DNA of 50,162 nt from Emiliania huxleyi CCMP1516. Taxonomy: Eukaryota. The position numbers and the translations under genes were made by a program. The notes under the pieces were generated by a model, which saw only the letters and a list, made by a program, of their open reading frames with translations, was not told the origin of the DNA and ran no database searches. The stretch lies in contig NW_005201191.1 of assembly GCF_000372725.1 (NCBI RefSeq), positions 31,612-81,773 on the forward strand, in the 5' to 3' direction. Below, one piece after another: positions 44,450 through 50,162 of the stretch (position 1 is the stretch's first letter; every line of letters begins with the position of its first letter).

Positions 44450-46122
44450 TCAGCGCGAGCAGAGCCGCCCAGCTGCCGCCCGCGCGCGGCGCGCAGTTGC
44501 GGAGGTCACACCAGTCGGTCGGGCCTGCAGGTAGGGCGGGGGTACGGGCCTGCAGGTAGGGCGGGGGTATGAAAAGGCGAGGTGGTCAATGTCTCCACAC
44601 GCACACGACGGTGGTGGGGCAAGGGCCAGGCGACCCTCGCGACTCCACGTCTAAAAGACAGGAGCAGCCCCGCACGGCATTGAAAGTGCAAGGCCCGGTG
44701 CGCGTGGGTGCAAGAGCCGGGGAGCCCCAAGCGGGAGCCCTCTCTAAGGGGCGGTGGGGCGGCTCGCGAGGCAGCGCGCCGAGGAGCGTCCACGGAGGCG
44801 GCGCGGCGTGCGCATACGCGACGGCGCAAGCCAAGTACTCCTCGCCGGCGCGCTCGACGACGCGCCGCAGCTCCGCCGCCTGAGATATGGCGAGATATGG
44901 GGACATATGGCGAGATATGGCGAGATATGGCGAGATATGAGCTCCGCCGCCTGTCTTGTGGTGCAGCGCCGCCGCCGGCCGGCGGCGGCGGCGGCGGCGG
45001 CGCCGCCTGGCAAGCCGTCCGCGCCGCATGCGTGCCCGCCCTCTGCCCCGCCCTCCTCTCTCTCCTCGTCTCTCTCCTCGTCTCTCCCCTCCTCCCTCGC
45101 GCGAATCAGTCCCATCGCGTCTGCCGCCGCGGCGAGGATGCTGCCGACGCGCGCCGCCTCCGCCTCGGCCGCGCCCGCCTCGCCTCCCACCCCGGAGGAG
45201 GTCGCGGCGCCCGCGGCGCCCGGGCCGCCGCTCCCGCCGCCGCCAGCCGGCCTCCCGCCCGACGAGAGGCGCGCGGGGTCCGTGGTGCCGCCGGAGGAAG
45301 AGGAGGCGGCGGGAGCGGCGGAGGCGGCCGGAGCGGCGGGAGCGGCGGAGGCGGCAGAGGCGGCAGAGGCGGCGGAGGCGGCGGAGGCGGCCGGCGGCGC
45401 ATCAGCATCCATGGGCGAATTGCAGCGGCCGGAGCCGGCGGTTGTCGAGGAGGCGCCGGCCGAAGCGCCGCTGCGACGGGGGTGGCTTCCTGATGAGCGA
45501 GAGGGGAGGGCGGGCGCGCGCGCGGCGAGAGCAGGGCGCACCTGCAAGAGGAGCCCGTGAGTTGCTGCGAGCCGGTGCCAACCGCTCGCGCCGCGGGCGT
45601 GACTGCGAGAGGACTCGAGTGCGGCTGCTGCAGCGGCTGCTCGGGCACAGGGCTCTCGCTCTTGTTGTCGGGGCCGCGCGCCGCAGCCGCTGCCGACATC
45701 GCCGCCGGCACCGGCGCTCCCGGCTGCTGAGCTGTCTTAGCCGCCTCTACCAACCTGGCTGCCTCCCACATCCTGGCCGCCTCCGCCTCCGCCTCGCTCC
45801 CGGGAGGCAGCCGCATGGAGAGCCAGGCCAGCAGCTGGGCCTCGCCATCCGCCGCATTGCTTGCGATTGGCGCCCGGTGTGCGCGTCTTACAGCAGCACT
45901 CGCGCTTCGGCCAGCGCGGTAGAGGCTCCGCAGGAGCTCGATCTGCACGTTTCCAAAGTAGACATCGCTTGGAGGGGCGAAGGAGTCAAATGTCGACCGA
46001 CCCAGTCCGAGCGCTCCTCGCAGCTCGGCATCGGGAGAGAGGAAGCCACATGCGGCGCAGGAGAAGGCGTCGGAGCGAGCGGCGGCAGCCGTGGCCGTGC
46101 CGCCGCACGCGTCGCAGGTCAT
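44450..46122 (-). CDS. Hypothetical multi-exon low-complexity protein with an N-terminal CxxC...CxxC motif; boundaries uncertain
   Basis: MTCDACGG...FSCAACGF; clean GC-AG intron at 44880-44950 and an element-containing intron near 44530-44745; no family recognised. Confidence 0.4.
44572..44710 (-). mobile_element. Reverse-strand copy of the ~140-bp element, in an intron of the minus-strand hypothetical gene
   Basis: Reverse complement reads CACCCACGCGCACCGGGCCTTGCACTTTCAATGCCGTG...TTTTAGACGTGGAGTCGCGAGGGTCGCCTGGCCCTTGCCCC...GTGTGGAGAC. Confidence 0.75.
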
Positions 46123-46458
46123 TACCCCCGGGGCGGGTGGCTGGTGTCCCGGTTCGTTGCTGCGCTTCGCGGTCACGCGCGAGACGGAGTAGGGTCGGAG
46201 CTGTGGTCTCCCTGGATAAGAAAATATGCTCCGTCACTTGGAGTGCGTCCTCCCCTCCCTCCCTTGGGGCGGACTTTTTTCTTTTTTCTTGGAGTGCGGT
46301 CAGCAACCTCACGAGCCAGACGGCTTCGTTACGAAGCTGCCCCCAGCAGGCGTCTTGACGGGTATCAAAAATTCTTCCCTACAAAGAATATACTTAAGAC
46401 AAAGAGGCCAACGGAACCGACGGAACCGCCGGTCGCATTTTTCTTCTGGCGGCATACT

Positions 46459-48222
46459 ATGAGCGATTCTGGGCTTTCTGGCGGCACCGCGTGCCCAACT
46501 CTGTTGCCCGATCTGGCGGTGGGCGACCTGGGCTCGCTGCGCGCCCTCCTCTCCGGGCGGGGGACGCGCGGCACGTCGCTCACGGCCCAGCTTGACGCGC
46601 GACTCGACACAGATACGCAGGACACGCTTCTCACCTGGGCCGCTCGGCACGGGCAAGCCGAGGCGGTGCGGCTGCTGCTCGAAGCCGGCGCGAGCGTCGG
46701 GGCGACGACTGGCGGCGGCGCTTCCGCGCTGTTCATCGCGTGCCAGAACGGCCACCTCGAGTGCGCCCGGCTGCTCCTCGAGGCCAGCGCGGCGGTCAAC
46801 CAAGCCCGCGACACTGGCGCCACGCCGCTGTACATCGCGTGCCAGAAGGGCCACGTTGACATCGCCCGGCTGCTTCTCGAGGCCGGCGCAAGCGTCGGGG
46901 CGGCTGATGGGAGCGGCGCTTCTGCTCTTCTCCTCGCGTGCCAGGAGGGCCATGTCGAGTGCTCCCGGCTGCTCCTTGAGGCGGGCGCGGCGATCAATCA
47001 AGCCAATCAAGGTGGCCTCACTCCGCTGCTTGCTGCGTGCCACTTCGGCCACATCGAGATCGCGAGGCTGCTGCGCGACGCTGGCGCAGCGGTCGGCCAA
47101 GTCATGGATGGCGGCATCACGCCGTTGATCATGGCATGCCTGCAGGGGCGCGTCGAGTGCGCCCAGCTGCTCCTCGAGGCCAGCGCTTCGGCCAACCAGG
47201 CGGCGGACAATGGCGCCACGCCGCTGTTCATCGCGTGCCAGCAGGGCCGCGTCGAGTGCGCCCAGCTGCTCCTCGAGGCCAGCGCTTCGGCCAACCAGGC
47301 GGCGGACAATGGCGCCACGCCGTTGTACGCTGCGTGCGAGGCAGGCCACATCGACATCGTCCGGCTGCTTCTCGAGGCCAGCGCGGCGGTCAACCAAGCG
47401 ATGAACGACGGCACCACACCGCTCTACATCGCGTGCCAGAAGGATCACCTCGACATCGCCCGGCTGCTTCTCGAGGCCGGCGCAGCGGTCGACCAAGCCG
47501 AGGAACAAGGCACCACGCCGCTGTTCAGGGCGTGCTACCAAGGCCACGTCGAGATCGCGAGGCTACTGCGCGATGCTGGCGCAGCGGTTGGCCAAGTCAT
47601 GGCTGGCGGCGTCACGCCGTTGATCGTCGCGTGCCAGAAGGGCCACGTCGACATCGCCCGGCTGCTTCTCGAGGCTGGCGCAGTGGTTGACCAAGCTGCG
47701 GGCAACGGCGTCACGCCACTGATCATGGCGTGCCACCAGGGCCACCTCGAGGTCGCCAAGCTCCTCTCCTCCTACGGCGCCTCCCGCGCCGCTACGCCAT
47801 CCGTCGGCACGCCCGAGGAGGCCGCAACCAGCGCAGGCCAGGCCGACCTCGCCGCCTGGCTGGTCGCCAGCCGCGGCTGGACGCCGCTCGCGCACCTTGA
47901 GAGCCTCAGCGCCGCCCGCGCTCTCTCCCTGCTGCGCAGCGGCGCAAGCCTGCACGAGGGCGAGCCGACGCCGCTGCAGCGCGCCGCGGGCGGCGAGGGT
48001 GAGGCGGCGGCGTTGGTCCGGCGGGCGGCGGCGCCGTGGTCGCCGGCAAGCCACTCGCTCTTCCCCGCGGCGGCCCGCGCGCGGGCGGCGCTCCTCGTCG
48101 TCTCGCTCTACGAGATCCACGAGCGGCACCATCTCGACTCGGCAGGAAACACGAACGGCATCGCGGCGCGCGACTTTGTCGGGTGCGTGCTGCGCTTCGC
48201 GATCACGCGCGAGACGGAGTAG
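46459..48222 (+). CDS. Intronless ankyrin-repeat protein (about 12 repeats) with a non-ankyrin C-terminal region
   Basis: 33-aa G.TPL.IACQ.GH...ARLLLEAGA.V repeats; ATG at 46459; recent internal 99-bp duplication at ~47145-47325. Confidence 0.93.
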   Translation: MSDSGLSGGTACPTLLPDLAVGDLGSLRALLSGRGTRGTSLTAQLDARLDTDTQDTLLTWAARHGQAEAVRLLLEAGASVGATTGGGASALFIACQNGHLECARLLLEASAAVNQARDTGATPLYIACQKGHVDIARLLLEAGASVGAADGSGASALLLACQEGHVECSRLLLEAGAAINQANQGGLTPLLAACHFGHIEIARLLRDAGAAVGQVMDGGITPLIMACLQGRVECAQLLLEASASANQAADNGATPLFIACQQGRVECAQLLLEASASANQAADNGATPLYAACEAGHIDIVRLLLEASAAVNQAMNDGTTPLYIACQKDHLDIARLLLEAGAAVDQAEEQGTTPLFRACYQGHVEIARLLRDAGAAVGQVMAGGVTPLIVACQKGHVDIARLLLEAGAVVDQAAGNGVTPLIMACHQGHLEVAKLLSSYGASRAATPSVGTPEEAATSAGQADLAAWLVASRGWTPLAHLESLSAARALSLLRSGASLHEGEPTPLQRAAGGEGEAAALVRRAAAPWSPASHSLFPAAARARAALLVVSLYEIHERHHLDSAGNTNGIAARDFVGCVLRFAITRETE

Positions 48223-48897
48223 GGGAGCGTGAGTATGTTGCCTTCTCGCCTCCGACCGAGGTGCTGTCTTGAGGGTCCGGAGGCTGGGACTGTGTGCTTT
48301 TAGAGAGCGCATTACGAGTAACAGAGCGCCTCCAGCGCACTTGGAGTGGGCCGCGCACTTGGAGCACTTGGAGAGTGCAGTCATCAACCTCACATCCAGG
48401 GCCGGGGAGCTGAGGAGCGCACCCAGGAGCGGGCCGGATGATCGGGATCGGGTTGCGGGCAAGAGAGCCCTAGCCCCGGGGGTGCGCGTTCGCAGGGCAA
48501 GGGCCATAAAGTAAACACGGGTCTCCGAGAGGGCTCCGTGTACCGGGTTTCCCCTTAACTGCAGAACGCCCCCTCTACTCGGAGCTAGTGGACACGGACA
48601 CTACGACACTGTACTCCACGTACGTACACGGACACGCCTCATGTGCGCCCGCCCGACTCCGGTCCCATTGCGGAGCTAAGTGCATTGCCGTTCTGAACGG
48701 AGTCGCTTATCAGGCGGCTCCTTTGCGTATGTTCTTAGTGCTAGCACGCGCCAGTCCGCCCTGTGTGTCGAGCCTGTCTGCTGTGAGTCCTCCACCCGGC
48801 GCAAGTCGAAAAAAAACAAAAAAGAAAGTTCCGAGACACTTCCGAGGCAACAAGGACTTGACTTCGCCCCGGCACAAGGTGGACAGGTCAACGACTT

Positions 48898-50150
48898 GCC
48901 TCCCTCTCCCCCCTCACCGCCGCCGCCGCCGCCGCCGCCACCGTGCGGCCGCCGCGCCCCCCGCCTCCCCCCGCCCTCGCTCCGACGCTCCACCGCAGTC
49001 GCTACTTTCCTGCTCGGCGGCACGCGAGGCCAGTCAGCTCCTCTTCCCCTCTATCACCTCGCTCCACCCGCCACCGCCACCGCCACCGCCACCTCCGCCG
49101 CCTCCTCCGCCGCCGCCGCCCGCCCCGCCCCCTTGTCCGGTGTTCCAACCTCGCAGTCGCGCTCGTCGTCTCGCCTCGGTGCCTCGGTGCAAGCATGCGT
49201 GCGGTGAGAGAGCGTGATCCATATTGGCGCCGGGTGTCACTCGACTGCGCCTGCCCGGCCCGGCCCCGCCCTTCGCTTCCGCTGCCAACCGCAGTTGCAA
49301 ACAAGCCTCCGGGCGGCTCGAGCTTCTTTCGGCAAGTGGTCCTGTGTGTGCTTCTCTCCACGTCCACCACCGCCCGTCGCCTCCCTCCCCCCCTCCACCG
49401 CCGCCGCCGCCGCCGCCGCCACCGTGCGGCCGCCGCGCCCCCCGCCTCCCCCCGCCCTCGCTCCGACGCTCCACCGCAGTCGCTACTTTCCTGCTCGGCG
49501 GCACGCGAGGCCAGTCAGCTCCTCTTCCCCTCTATCACCTCGCTCCACCCGCCACCGCCACCGCCACCGCCACCTCCGCCGCCTCCTCCGCCGCCGCCGC
49601 CCGCCCCGCCCCCTCGTCCGGTGTTCCAACCTCGCAGTCGCGCTCGTCGTCTCGCCTCGGTGCCTCGGTGCAAGCATGCGTGCGGTGAGAGAGCGTGATC
49701 CATATTGGCGCCGTCTCTCCATCACCGCCCGTCGCCTCCCTCTCCCCCCTCACCGCCGCCGCCGCCGCCGCCGCCACCCTGCGGCCGCCGCGCCCCCCGC
49801 CCCCCCGCTCTCGCTCCGACGCTCCACCGCAGTCGCTACCCGTCCTGCTGCTCGGCGCTGCCGCCCTCACGAGGCGATGATATGGTGACGGACGAATGGT
49901 GACGGAGCCACGATGACACCGACAGCCGCACAGCACCTTCACCAACGCACATGCGATCCCGAAGACCGCCGCCACTCCTCCTGCCACCGCTCTCTCCTCC
50001 GCCGCCGCCGCGGCGCCCGCCCCTCGCTCCCGCGCTCCAACCGCAGTCGTCGCTGCTCTTCGTTCTGCTGCTCGGCGCTGCCGCACACGAGGCGATGATA
50101 CGGTATGTAGACAGACAGACAACCCACTGACGAGGCGATGATATGGTATG
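48898..50150. repeat. Large tandem repeat: two near-identical ~334-bp blocks with a 481-bp period, followed by degenerate copies
   Basis: 48898-49231 matches 49379-49712; decayed copies from ~49725; ACGAGGCGATGATA recurs near 49870, 50088 and 50130. Confidence 0.9.
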
Positions 50151-50162
50151 GAGTATGACGGG

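Noticed and set aside
44956..46458. N-terminal half of the 1088-aa plus-strand ORF
   Set aside because: Arg/Pro-rich, stop-poor antisense reading of GC-rich DNA; the recognisable ankyrin protein starts at ATG 46459.

Overview
Very GC-rich, intron-containing eukaryotic genomic DNA with three assembly gaps (1680-2394, 5233-5332, about 22854-23395). Frequent GC-AG introns, ATATCTCCCC-type intronic repeats and the gene families present suggest a haptophyte such as Emiliania/Gephyrocapsa huxleyi (inference). Genes reconstructed by manual splicing: an ammonium transporter (AMT, 3' end outside the window), a head-to-head pair of 5'-truncated UBA1 and kinesin-9-like fragments, a GT96/SGT1-like serine galactosyltransferase with a ShKT domain, an FMO + 2OG-Fe(II) oxygenase fusion divergently paired with a second 2OG-Fe(II) oxygenase, a receptor-like protein (periplasmic-binding-like domain + EGF + TM + TIR + TIR-like), a frameshifted F-box/RCC1 gene, a GH55 beta-1,3-glucanase, two intronless ankyrin genes, a 13-exon GDP-mannose pyrophosphorylase-like gene with a degenerate active site, and several gene relics. 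Mobile DNA includes an internally deleted pogo-like element and a MITE-like element. The most striking pattern is in the introns: many are 65-77 bp units made of a direct duplication of exon sequence (supplying the splice sites) plus a filler drawn from a small shared set of repeats, and one longer one has a telomere-like (CCCTAA)n filler. A separate ~140-bp dispersed element sits in sense orientation in introns. Together these look like active intron-generating systems. All homology calls come from motifs recognised by eye; no database search was run.
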